This document shows, piece by piece, positions 20,305-30,694 of a stretch of DNA of 64,000 nucleotides (position 1 is the first letter of the stretch; each line of letters begins with the position of its first letter). Source of the DNA: Opitutales bacterium (GTDB lineage Bacteria > Verrucomicrobiota > Verrucomicrobiia > Opitutales > UBA2987); the NCBI GenBank assembly GCA_965226885.1, contig CBDDEL010000009.1, forward strand, positions 96,001-160,000, written 5' to 3'. The notes beneath the pieces are model-generated. The model saw only the letters and a list, made by a program, of their open reading frames with translations, did no database searches and was not told the DNA's origin. The position numbers and the translations under genes are program-made.

Positions 20305-21573
20305 GTGAGTATTTTTTTAACATGGTGGCCGCTCTGGACAGCCTGGTTTTTACAGGGGCTTTTCGGTTGCTACAATGTCTGGGCCTACCGCAAAAAAATG
20401 AGCGCCCAGGATGAATTGATTGCTCGAAAACCGGAAAAGCCCATCCGCCCCGCCGTTGTTTTTATTCCCATCAAAGGCGTCCGCTCCAATTTCAAACCGT
20501 TTTTCGATGGGCTGCTCAATCAGGATTATTCCGATTATCATGTCGTCATAACGGTGGAAACGGAGGAAGACCCCACCTTTGCCGCCGTTTGCCGCTACCT
20601 TGGTTTTAAAAACGGTGAGCGGGTTCTGACCCATGAAAATGGTCTGCCGGACGGACCCAAAATAGCCCCCGGGCTGCGTCAGGTTCGGCTCAACGTGGCA
20701 GGTCTATCGGATCTATGCAGCCAGAAAATCCACAACCAGCTCAGCGCCATTAAATATTTTGAGGAGCGCGACCGCATCATCGCATTCGGCGATGCCGACA
20801 TCCTTATCGGCCCCGATTGGCTCACCCGGCTGCTCGGCCCCCTCAACCACGAAACCCATCCCGTTTCCACCACCTACCGCTGGCTCATCCCGGAACAACC
20901 CACTTTCTCCAATTATCTCGTTTCTGTAATCAATGGATCGGTCGGGACTCTGGGTGGGCCTGAGTGGTGCAATTTGACTTGGGGGGGCTCCTACGCATTG
21001 ACCCGCGAAGCCTACCAAACAGTCCACCTGCCCGAATCCTACAAAGGGGCCCTCAATGATGATTTGCAGATGGCCCATGTCACCCACCGGGCCGGTTTGC
21101 GAATCGGCTTTGTCCGCTCCCTCATGCGCCCGACGCCCATCGACTATAGCTGGAGCGACATGTTCTGGTTTGCCTGGCGGCAGTATTTCCAGGTGCGCAT
21201 CTATTCCCCCTACGTCTGGGCCATCTCCCTAGTTGCCACTTTCTTTTATACGTCCGCGTTCCTTATCACTTGGGGATCCCTGTTCGCTGGAAATCTATGG
21301 GCGCTCGTTCCAATCGCCAGCATTTTTGTTTTGAATCAAATCCGCGCCTCTGAACGGGTAAAAGTCATCAATTACATTTTTAAAGGCGAGGATTTGGCGC
21401 GGCTGAAACCCTTGTTCTGGCTTGATCGCTTTGCCACCGCTGGCTGGCTATTCATGCATTTCACCTTTGTCGCCACTACCGCATTTGCCACCAAAATCAC
21501 TTGGTCCGGCATCACCTACCGAGTAACCGGCAGGCAAAAAACAAAAGTCATTTCCCGCTCCACGACCTATTAA
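20305..21573 (+). CDS. Membrane glycosyltransferase GT2/GT21 (ceramide glucosyltransferase-like)
   Basis: FIPIKG, QKIHNQ, DAD, WGGS, NDD, RQ motifs with flanking hydrophobic helices. Confidence 0.75.
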   Translation: MSIFLTWWPLWTAWFLQGLFGCYNVWAYRKKMSAQDELIARKPEKPIRPAVVFIPIKGVRSNFKPFFDGLLNQDYSDYHVVITVETEEDPTFAAVCRYLGFKNGERVLTHENGLPDGPKIAPGLRQVRLNVAGLSDLCSQKIHNQLSAIKYFEERDRIIAFGDADILIGPDWLTRLLGPLNHETHPVSTTYRWLIPEQPTFSNYLVSVINGSVGTLGGPEWCNLTWGGSYALTREAYQTVHLPESYKGALNDDLQMAHVTHRAGLRIGFVRSLMRPTPIDYSWSDMFWFAWRQYFQVRIYSPYVWAISLVATFFYTSAFLITWGSLFAGNLWALVPIASIFVLNQIRASERVKVINYIFKGEDLARLKPLFWLDRFATAGWLFMHFTFVATTAFATKITWSGITYRVTGRQKTKVISRSTTY

Positions 21574-21711
21574 ACCGCCCAATTTCTGCTACAAAAAGAA
21601 AACTTTTCCAAATTCCATCAAATTTTTTGGAAGAAAACCTTTCCACCCTCTCATTCGGCACTAGAATTTATCACCATACTCAATTTGCGAGCATCACAGG
21701 CGCGTGGGCCT

Positions 21712-21787
21712 GGGCCCTTAGCTCAGCGGTTAGAGCAGAGGACTCATAATCCTTTGGTCGGGGGTTCGAATCCCTCAGGGCCCACCA
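21712..21787 (+). tRNA. tRNA with CAT anticodon, most likely tRNA-Ile2 (lysidine-modified)
   Basis: GGGCCCTTAGCTCAGCGGTTAGAGCAGAGGACTCATAATCCTTTGG...CAGGGCCCACCA; resembles ileX-type tRNAs and lacks the initiator C1:A72 mismatch. Confidence 0.9.
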
Positions 21788-21881
21788 TTGATGATCAATG
21801 GGTTACAGCATTATTGGGTTATTGATAAAATTTCACTGTCCGGGAACTGTCCGGGATTTTGACTTTTGAACCCCTTATCTA

Positions 21882-23720
21882 GAGGCTGTCCCAAAAATAT
21901 AAAGATTTTATAGTCAACTGGATGACGTTGATAAAAAGAGCCGGAAAGAGCAAGTTTTTGCTCGATCCAGCCAAAAAAGGGTTCTATAATTGAGTTAGCG
22001 AAAATCAATATAGCCCTTTCTATGAAAAACTATGAAAAATATAGCCATCCAATGCCTCCTGCGTCCAGCTTTAACTGTGGTCGACCGGTGCCTCGATTAC
22101 GATAACTTCCGCGCCACCATTGATCGAATCGATCGGCTGCTGATCGACTCGGAGGTGGAATCGCAGGCCATTGAGCTGGCCTTGGAGGGGTGGCCGCCAA
22201 TGGGTCTAAAGGCCCGGCGGCAGCGGGCCAGTTTTGCCATCAAGGCACTGCGCATGGATACGCTGGGCCGTCTGCTCGGAGGGATTTCGTCTCGGCATTT
22301 GTCGCGGGCTCTGGGCAGCAGCGATCTGTTGGCCGACTTTTGCCGTGTCCGGCAGATCGATGGCATCAGGGGCATCTCCAAAAGCACCCTGGAGCGGGCC
22401 TCGAAGTTTTTCAGCGAAGAGCAGTTGAGGGCCTTGCACCGGACCTTGACTGAGGTGGTGGGCGATGCCCTTCTGGCCCGGCAGGTGGGATTGGACAAGC
22501 CGATTGACACCACCATTTGCCTGATCGACGGCACCTGTTTGGAGGCTAACATTCATTGGCCGACGGACTGGGTATTACTCAAGGATGTAGCCGGCACGTT
22601 GCTCAAAGCGATCCGGCTGATCCGCGAGAAGGCCGGTTTGCGCCATCGCATGCCGATCGAACCGGAGCCCTTGGCTCGGCAGATGAATCGGCTGTGCATA
22701 CAGATGACCCACAGCCGGCGGCGAAAGGACAGCGCGCGGCAGCGCAAGGGTATCTTGAGGCAGATGAAAAAGCTGCTCAAACGGATCGGGGAGCATGCCC
22801 GCAGTCACCGGGAATTATTGCAAGCCTGCTGGGAGCAAGGCGATTACAGCGAAAAACAGGTCCAACAGATCCTCGCCCGGATGGAGCGCATGAGCGAGCA
22901 AATCCCGGTGGTCATCAAACAGGCGCACGAGCGGATCATTGGCGGCCGCCAGGTGAAAAACGCAGAGAAAGTCTTGAGTGTTTACGAACTCGATGGGCAG
23001 GTGATTGTGCGAGGTAAAGCGGGCCAAGAGGTCGAGTTCGGCAACACCCTGTTTTTGGGAGAAAGCGTTGAAGGGTACCTGCTGGACTGGAAACTCTACG
23101 GCAGCCGAACTCCAAGCGAAAATGAACAAATGCAAGAGAGTTTGCAAAGACAGAACCGCTTCAACCTGGAAGAACCCATAGCGGCCATGTGCGCGGACCG
23201 GGGATTTGCCTCCCAGCGGGCCCGCCGGCAGTTAGCCCAGGAGGGAATCTACGACGCGCTCTGTCCACGCGATCCGAAGCAGTTGAAAAAACGGATGGAG
23301 GAACCACTGTTCAGACAATTGCAAAAGCGCCGGGCCAGCACCGAAGGGCGGATCGGGGTATTGAAGAATCGCTGGCAGGCCGGGCGGTTGCGCAGCAAAG
23401 GCTTTGCCAACCGCTCGATCAGCGTAGCCTGGTCGGTACTCTCGCACAACCTATGGAAAGTAGCCAAGATGCTGGCCCAGCAAGACGAACTAAAAACCAA
23501 AGCGGCGGCCTAGAGAGCGGAAAAGCAAGGACAATACTTTTTCACAGCCTTACTGTCGGCTCATACAAAGAAAACCAGGCAACCGGACCCCAAAACCAGT
23601 ATCCTAACGTCATAGGAGAGCAAAGTTGATACTCTCCCAAATGCAAATACCTCTAAAATGAGCGCCTATCAAAAGCCCTCGCAAAAGCCCTCGCAAAAAT
23701 CACCCTTTTGGGACAGCCTC
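21882..23720 (+). mobile_element. IS5/ISNCY-like insertion sequence, copy 2 (plus 10-bp and 12-bp duplications)
   Basis: Same 15-bp inverted repeats; 1839 bp = 1817+10+12. Confidence 0.92.
22032..23513 (+). CDS. DDE transposase (493 aa, intact frame)
   Basis: Near-identical to the copy 1 and copy 4 transposases. Confidence 0.9.
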   Translation: MKNIAIQCLLRPALTVVDRCLDYDNFRATIDRIDRLLIDSEVESQAIELALEGWPPMGLKARRQRASFAIKALRMDTLGRLLGGISSRHLSRALGSSDLLADFCRVRQIDGIRGISKSTLERASKFFSEEQLRALHRTLTEVVGDALLARQVGLDKPIDTTICLIDGTCLEANIHWPTDWVLLKDVAGTLLKAIRLIREKAGLRHRMPIEPEPLARQMNRLCIQMTHSRRRKDSARQRKGILRQMKKLLKRIGEHARSHRELLQACWEQGDYSEKQVQQILARMERMSEQIPVVIKQAHERIIGGRQVKNAEKVLSVYELDGQVIVRGKAGQEVEFGNTLFLGESVEGYLLDWKLYGSRTPSENEQMQESLQRQNRFNLEEPIAAMCADRGFASQRARRQLAQEGIYDALCPRDPKQLKKRMEEPLFRQLQKRRASTEGRIGVLKNRWQAGRLRSKGFANRSISVAWSVLSHNLWKVAKMLAQQDELKTKAAA

Positions 23721-24036
23721 CAATTAAAGGAAGAAATGAAAAATTAATCCCGCTTGTCACGCGCCGTTTCGCGGGATTAGGATCTTTCCCATGAAGTATT
23801 TTCTGGACCCTCTGTGTTGCTTTTAAAAATTTTAAATCAAGAAGAAAATATAGACGCGAATATTAACTTTTAAGATATAAAGTTCAAGATTTCTATGATA
23901 ATCCATCCCTATTTCGGAAAAAATTACAGGATTTTTACATAAAACTTAACAAAACCGGGACGGAATTCATTATTTTCCGGTATTTGTAGTGGATTTAATT
24001 CGATTTCACTATTCCGTGAAACCTGCCATGAGTCCA

Positions 24037-26633
24037 TTAATGCAGACGGATCGTGCGGACATAAACGACAATTTCTTTGGAGTTGTCCAGGCCGATGGCT
24101 CCTCCATAAATCAACACTTTTTTCTCCAGATAGTATATTATCGGTTTAGTAACCAGCAGCGATGTAATATCGACATAGGCGATGCGTTTGCCCCGCCCGG
24201 TAACCAATTGAAACTTAAACTTCGGCTTTTTCCCGATCCAGCCAGTGGCATTTTCAAGGATGCCTTCAAAATATCGCGGGGGGCTCTCGGCCGATGGGTT
24301 AGCGTAAACGGAAGGAACGATTCCGGGAATTGCAATCGGGGCGGAGCCATCGGGCTGTGTCCTGGTTGTTTCATCCCCAAAACTGAGGACGGGCAGGGTT
24401 TTCGACGGGTGTTTGAAATATAAGGGTAGAGATTTTGAAAAGCTGATTTCAGCCCAGTCCTCGGCATAGATCAACTCGGCCGCATCCTCTGTCGTAATTA
24501 GAGGCTGTCCCAAAAATATAAAGATTTTATAGTCAACTGGATGACGTTGATAAAAAGAGCCGGAAAGAGCAAGTTTTTGCTCGATCCGGCCAAAAAAGGG
24601 TTCTATAAAAGGGTTCTATAATTGAGTTAGCGAAAATCAATATAGCCCTTTCTATGAAAAATATAGCCATCCAATGCCTCCTGCGTCCAGCTTTAACTGT
24701 GGTCGACCGGTGCCTCGATTACGATAACTTCCGCGCCACCATTGATCGAATCGATCGGCTGCTGATCGACTCGGAGGTGGAATCGCAGGCCATTGAGCTG
24801 GCCTTGGAGGGGTGGCCGCCAATGGGTCTAAAGGCCCGGCGGCAGCGGGCCGTCTGCTCGGAGGGATTTCGTTTCGGCATTTGTCGCGGGCTCTGGGCAG
24901 CAGCGATCTGTTGGCCGACTTTTGCCGTGTCCGGCAGATCGATGGCATCAGGGGCATCTCCAAAAGCACCCTGGAGCGGGCCTCGAAGTTTTTCAGCGAA
25001 GAGCAGTTGAGGGCCTTGCACCGGACCTTGACTGAGGTGGTGGGCGATGCCCTTCTGGCCCGGCAGGTGGGATTGGACAAGCCGATTGACACCACCATTT
25101 GCCTGATCGACGGCACCTTTTGCCTGATCGACGGCACCTGTTTAGAGGCTAACATTCATTGGCCGACGGACTGGGTATTACTCAAGGATGTAGCCGGCAC
25201 GTTGCTCAAAGCGATCCGGCTGATCCGCGAGAAGGCCGGTGTGCGCCATCGCATGCCGATCGAACCGGAGCCCTTGGCTCGGCAGATGAATCGGCTGTGC
25301 ATACAGATGACCCACAGCCGGCGGCGAAAGGACAGCGCGCGGCAGCGCAAGGGTATCTTGAGGCAGATGAAAAAGCTGTTCAAACGGATCGGGGAGCATG
25401 CCCGCAGTCACCGGGAATTATTGCAAGCCTGCTGGGAGCAAAGCGATTACAGCGAAAAACAGGTCCAACAGATCCTCGCCCGGATGGAGCGCATGAGCGA
25501 GCAAATCCCGGTGGTCATCAAACAGGCGCACGAGCGGATCATTGGCGGCCGCCAGGTGAAAAACGCAGAGAAAGTCTTGAGTGTTTACGAACTCGATGGG
25601 CAGGTGATTGTGCGAGGTAAAGCGGGCCAAGAGGTCGAGTTCGGCAACACCCTGTTTTTGGGAGAAAGCGTTGAAGGGTACCTGCTGGACTGGAAACTCT
25701 ACGGCAGCCGAACTCCAAGCGAAAATGAACAAATGCAAGAGAGTTTGCAAAGACAGAACCGCTTCAACCTGGAAGAACCCATAGCGGCCATGTGCGCGGA
25801 CCGGGGATTTGCCTCCCAGCGGGCCCGCCGGCAGTTAGCCCAGGAGGGAATCTACGACGCGCTCTGTCCACGCGATCCGAAGCAGTTGAAAAAACGGATG
25901 GAGGAACCACTGTTCAGACAATTGCAAAAGCGCCGGGCCAGCACCGAAGGGCGGATCGGGGTATTGAAGAATCGCTGGCAGGCCGGGCGGTTGCGCAGCA
26001 AAGGCTTTGCCAACCGCTCGATCAGCGTAGCCTGGTCGGTACTCTCGCACAACCTATGGAAAGTAGCCAAGATGCTGGCCCAGCAAGACGAACTAAAAAC
26101 CAAAGCGGCGGCCTAGAGAGCGGAAAAGCAAGGACAATACTTTTTCACAGCCGTACTGTCGGCTCATACAAAGAAAACCAGGCAACCGGACCCCAAAACC
26201 AGTATCCTAACGTCATAGGAGAGCAAAGTTGATACTCTCCCAAATGCAGATACCTCTAAAATGAGCGCCTATCAAAAGCCCTCGCAAAAATCACCCTTTT
26301 GGGACAGCCTCTAATTACGGTCAGGACAGGGCTGGAGGAAGAGGCTCGCAAGTATACGAGGGCACCGGGTCTGACCGATAAATCTTTGGCCACCTCTTTA
26401 AGTTCCACGAAACCTTTGAAATTGCCTTGGTAACCAAGCCAGTACCATCCCTCCGCCCGGTTGTCTTCGTCCATGACCGGGTCGGCCCCAGCCAGGCGTT
26501 TATCCTCAGTATTTATATTGGCTAATTTATGCGAACCGGCGTCGGGAGCCAGGTAAAGGGCGATATTTTCCGCGGCATTTGAGATCGCGGGGGCAATCGT
26601 CAAGAGGAGAAGGAGGAGGGTTATTTTTCCCAT
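24037..26633 (-). pseudogene. Secreted protein (possibly SH3-like) interrupted by IS copy 3
   Basis: MGKITLLLLLL...SPVLTV[I] (26633-26312) joins ITTEDAAELIYAEDW...VRTIRLH (24500-24037) across a TAATTA target duplication. Confidence 0.8.
24501..26311 (+). mobile_element. IS5/ISNCY-like insertion sequence, copy 3; transposase (24654-26116) frameshifted
   Basis: Inverted repeats; 6-bp TSD TAATTA on both sides; 1811 bp = 1817+13+21-40. Confidence 0.92.
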
Positions 26634-26685
26634 TTAATTATCCGGTGGTTTCTGCTTTTAAAATTGGCACAAGAAAATGGCTTTG

Positions 26686-28232
26686 TCAGCCTAATAGTAA
26701 ATTTATTTCTTTTTCGGTGAGAAGACGGCATTGGCCCGAGCCCAGCCCCCGGAGAATCAAGCCGCCAATTTGATATCGCTGCAGGCGGCGGACATAGCAT
26801 CCGAAATGCTCGAACATGCGGCGGATTTCCCTTTTGCGTCCGTGGTTCAAGAGGACCTCATACTGTTTGCCGGCCTGGGCTCCTTTAGCAATCGGAATAA
26901 TTTTTTCGGCCTTCAGTTTTTCGCCATCAATGTGGACTCCCCTACAGAGGGCGGCAATGGCTGAGTTGGCGGCCGGTTTGTTCAGCCATACATGGTAACG
27001 CTTGATGATCTCATTGCGCGGATGGGTGATGCGCTGGGCGAGGGCGCCGTCGCTGGTCAGGATAAGCAATCCCTCGCTCTCCAGGTCCAGCCTTCCGGCG
27101 CAAAATAGCCGGTGTTGGCGGTAGCGGGCGGGCAGCAGATCGAAGACGGTCTGCTTGTGAAAGGGGTCCTTGTTGCTGCAAACCAAACCGGCGGGCTTGT
27201 TCAACATGAACGTTACGGGGGAAGCCCGCCTCTGCTTAACGGGAATTCCACTGACAGTAATAATATCTTTACCGGGATCTACTTTCTGGCCAATCTTGGC
27301 CGTAACGCCGTTTACCTTGATCTTGCCGTCACCAATCCACCTCTCGGCCTCCCGGCGGGAGCAAAATCCGGGGTAGTGTATAAAAAAAGAATGTTATTTT
27401 GTATTTTTAGCTGTACAAATAGCGTTAGGCAGTTTATTCTTAGTGCATGGTTACTAAAATTATTAATTGTCGGCACTGTGGAAGTGAAAATATCATTAAA
27501 TTTGGCAAGACGCCCAACCATAAACAGCGCTACCGCTGCCATGATTGTGGTAAACAAAGCCGCGAAAACCCCACAGTGAAATACACCGAAGAGCAAAAAG
27601 AAATGATCCTTCGAGTCTATCAGGAACGCAGCAGTCTACGCGGTTTACAGCGCGCCTTCGGGGTGAGTCCCAACACCGTTTTGAGTTGGTTAAAAAAAAC
27701 GACAATCGCTGCGACCGCTCAAAAGCACGATTCTTGCGGCCCGCCGCCATGATGTCATTGAACTGGACGAACTGTGGTCTTTTGTGGGGCGCAAGAGCGA
27801 TGCCCAATGGGTTTGGATCGCTCTTTGCCGACGCACCCGTCAAATCCTCTCCTATGCCATTGGGCCTCGGGATTGGTATCGTTGCCGGGAACTTTACGAG
27901 CGTCTGCCACGGGCCTACAAAAGATGTGCCACCTACAGCGACTTTTGGAGCACTTATGATGAAGTCTTTCCTCATAACCGATCCGTGGGAAAAGAAACCG
28001 GTGAAACGGCCCATGTGGAACGATGGAACAATACCCTGCGCCAACGACTGGGTCGTTTCACACGCAAAACCCTCTCCTTTTCCAAGCTTAAGAGTATGCA
28101 TGAAACCTGTCTGAGACTTTTCATTCATCAATATAATCAAGAATTAGCCACCATTCCTACTTAATACACTACCCAAAATCCCTCGTTGGCCAGGTATTTA
28201 TGCAAACGAATCCGTTCTATTTCCACTGTCAT
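26686..28232 (-). pseudogene. S4-domain rRNA pseudouridine synthase (RluB/RsuA family) interrupted by IS1
   Basis: MTVEIERIRLHKYLANEGF|CSRREAERWI...LNKPAG...AGRLDLESEGLLILTSDG...GRKREIRRM. Confidence 0.88.
27372..28173 (+). mobile_element. IS1-family element, copy 1 (insA 27447-27752, insB to 28164)
   Basis: GGTAGTGTAT...ATACACTACC ends; 802 bp; zinc-finger InsA (CRHC...CHDC); A8C frameshift site 27692-27700; ELDELWSFVG and ERWNNTLRQ; 8-bp TSD CAAAATCC. Confidence 0.93.
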
Positions 28233-28341
28233 AAGTTGTCTTTGGAGATTAGCATGGCACATCTAGCCAAGAAGCAAAGGAAAGAATTGCTTTGGGCCGC
28301 TGAATAACTTTAGAAGCTGTCCGAAAAGCGAAAATGACTTT

Positions 28342-29516
28342 ATGAGCACTGTTTCTAAAGAAAAACCTGTCCACGACAAAAATAATCCTTTTTCAGCCCG
28401 CCTGACGGAGAACTGGCTGCTGAGCAAGGAGGGCTCCATCAAGGATACACGCCATTTTGTGGTAGATATCGAGGGCAGCGGCCTGGTTTACACTTGCGGG
28501 GATTCATTGGGCATTTTTCCGACCAATGAGCCGGAGAATGTGCAAGAGCTGCTCAATGTTCTGGGCGCCACCGGGGATGAAATGGTGCGTCTGCCCAAAA
28601 ATGAGGAAGACATTTCCTTGCGGGAAGCTCTCAGCCACAGGCTGTCGCTGGCGCAGCCCACTAAAAAGATACTAAGATACTCAAGGCCCTTTTGGAAAGC
28701 GGGGTGGATGGGGAGACTAAAAAACAATTGGAGGAGAAACTGGCCCCCGAAAACAATGAGCAAACCAAGGAATACCTGGAAAATCGCGAGTTTGCCGACC
28801 TCCTTCTGGATTTTCCGGGAGCCAGGCTGGCGCCGCAGGATTTTATTCTCAATTTGCGAAAACTGATGCCGCGCCTCTACTCGATCGCCTCTTCGCCAAC
28901 CGTTTATCCCGATGAAATCCATCTTACGGTGGCAGTGGTTCGCTATAACACCAATGGCCGCGACCGCGCCGGAGTCTGCTCGTCATATTTAGCGGATCGG
29001 GCTCCTCTGTTGGAGAACTGTGTAGCGGTTTTCGTGGCGAAATCTCATTTTGGCCTGCCCGAGGATGGTTCGGCGGGCCTTATCATGGTTGGGCCCGGCA
29101 CCGGCATCGCCCCGTTTCGGGCATTTTTACAGGAACGGATTACCCGAGGTGGAAAGGGAAGGAGCTGGATCTTTTTCGGCGATCAGCATCACGATACGGA
29201 TTATCTTTACGGAGATGAATTTGATAAATACCTGACCGAGGGCCAACTCGACCGCCTCGATTTGGCCTGGTCCCGCGACCAGGATTACAAAATTTACGTT
29301 CAGGACAAAATGCTCGAAAATGCCGCCGAGTTATGGAAATGGCTGCAAGAAGGCGCTTATTTCTATGTTTGCGGAGACGCCAAAAGAATGGCCAAAGATG
29401 TGAACGCCGCCCTCCATCAAATCGCTAGGGAGCAGGGGAGCATGAGCGAGGAGGAAGCCGTTGCCTGGGTCAAAAATCTGAAAAAGGAAAAACGTTACCA
29501 AAGGGATGTCTATTAA
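28342..29516 (+). pseudogene. Sulfite reductase flavoprotein-like FAD/NADPH oxidoreductase (CysJ C-terminal type), frameshifted
   Basis: PRLYSIASSP, GVCS, GPGTGIAPFR, YVCGDAKRMAKDV, RYQRDVY; 8-bp duplication AAGATACT at 28666-28681 splits the ORF. Confidence 0.85.
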
Positions 29517-29573
29517 ACATCTTGGGATCGTCAAAATATTACAATCAACCATTAATTTTTAGCTGATAAGTCC

Positions 29574-30334
29574 ATGTCATTAGAAAATAGAGTTGCCCTG
29601 GTCACCGGTGCCGGGCGGGGGATCGGCCGGGCTATTGCCGAACAACTGGCTGCAGGCGGTGCCCACGTGCTCTGCGTCAGCGCCGCTCGGAAAACAGTTG
29701 CGGCGCCACTGCCGAGGCCATCAACCAATCCGGTGGGGCCGCCTCATGGCACGCCGTCGATGTCTCCGATGGCCGGGCTGTAGCGGAATTGGCCAAGTCT
29801 TTGCTGGAAATACATGGCACCGTAGATATTCTGGTTAATAACGCCGGAATCACTCGAGATGGTCTCATACTTCGCATGTCGGAGGAAAATTGGCATGATG
29901 TCATCGAGACGAATCTCTCCAGTTGCTTTCACTGGGTGAAGAACCTGGCCCACCCCATGGCCCGGGCACGCTGGGGCCGCATTGTCAATATTACCTCAGT
30001 CAGCGGTTTGGCGGGAAATGCAGGCCAGGCCAATTATGCTTCCTCCAAGGCCGGTATGATCGGGTTGACCAAAACCCTGGCCAAAGAACTGGCCTCACGC
30101 CAAATCACCGTCAACGCGGTGGCGCCAGGTTTTATTGAGACCGATATGACTTCTGGACTTGACGAAAAAACGCGCGACATCATTTTAAAGAACATTCCTT
30201 TGAAACGGCTGGGTCAACCTTCAGAGCTGGGTCAACCTTCAGATATTGCCAACATGGTGGATTATTTGTGCTCCGAGAAGGCAGCATACATCACCGGGCA
30301 AATTTTTACAGTTGACGGCGGCATGGTCATGTGA
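29574..30334 (+). pseudogene. fabG: 3-oxoacyl-ACP reductase, frameshifted as assembled (+2 at ~29682; 18-bp duplication at 30208-30243)
   Basis: TGAGRGIG, NNAGITRD, YASSK, NAVAPGFIETDMT; directly upstream of acpP-fabF. Confidence 0.88.
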
Positions 30335-30368
30335 TGCGAAATACGTAAAAGTAAACCTAATATCGAAT

Positions 30369-30626
30369 ATGGCAGATAAAACTATTGCACAGCGGGTCAG
30401 CGAAATCATTGTTAACCAGCTCAATGTCAATGAGGAGCAAGTTACTCCAGAGGCATCTTTTCTCGATGATCTCGGGGCGGACTCGTTGGATACCGTTGAG
30501 CTAATCATGGCTTTCGAGGAGGAATTCAAGGACGAGATCGATGGCGAAATTCCCGAGAGCGATGCGGAGCAACTGCAAACGGTTGGCGATGTCGTCAAGT
30601 ACCTTGAAGATAAAGCCGGCAGCTGA
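30369..30626 (+). CDS. acpP: Acyl carrier protein
   Basis: [20 protein letters not shown]. Confidence 0.95.
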   Translation: MADKTIAQRVSEIIVNQLNVNEEQVTPEASFLDDLGADSLDTVELIMAFEEEFKDEIDGEIPESDAEQLQTVGDVVKYLEDKAGS

Positions 30627-30694
30627 TCCTTTTTCAGCCCCTTCCCCTGATTGTCCCTGATTGTTAATCTAGCCGAGGCCGGGCGACCTCCCTC

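Noticed and set aside
21712..21787. tRNA-Met or fMet assignment
   Set aside because: Paired G1:C72 and ileX-like sequence favour Ile2; elongator Met is not fully excluded
4269..23720. Simple inversion between opposed IS copies 1 and 2 (both have left flank TTATCTA)
   Set aside because: Re-inverting gives TATCTA/TAGATA and TAGTTG/CAATTA, still not matching TSDs
23745..23779. Hairpin TAATCCCGC...GCGGGATTA (and an imperfect palindrome at ~45874-45910)
   Set aside because: Single occurrences with no clear terminator or repeat-family context
28660..29690. Programmed ribosomal frameshifting in the CysJ-like gene or fabG
   Set aside because: Breaks coincide with exact duplications and lack the slippery A-runs seen in IS1 and IS3
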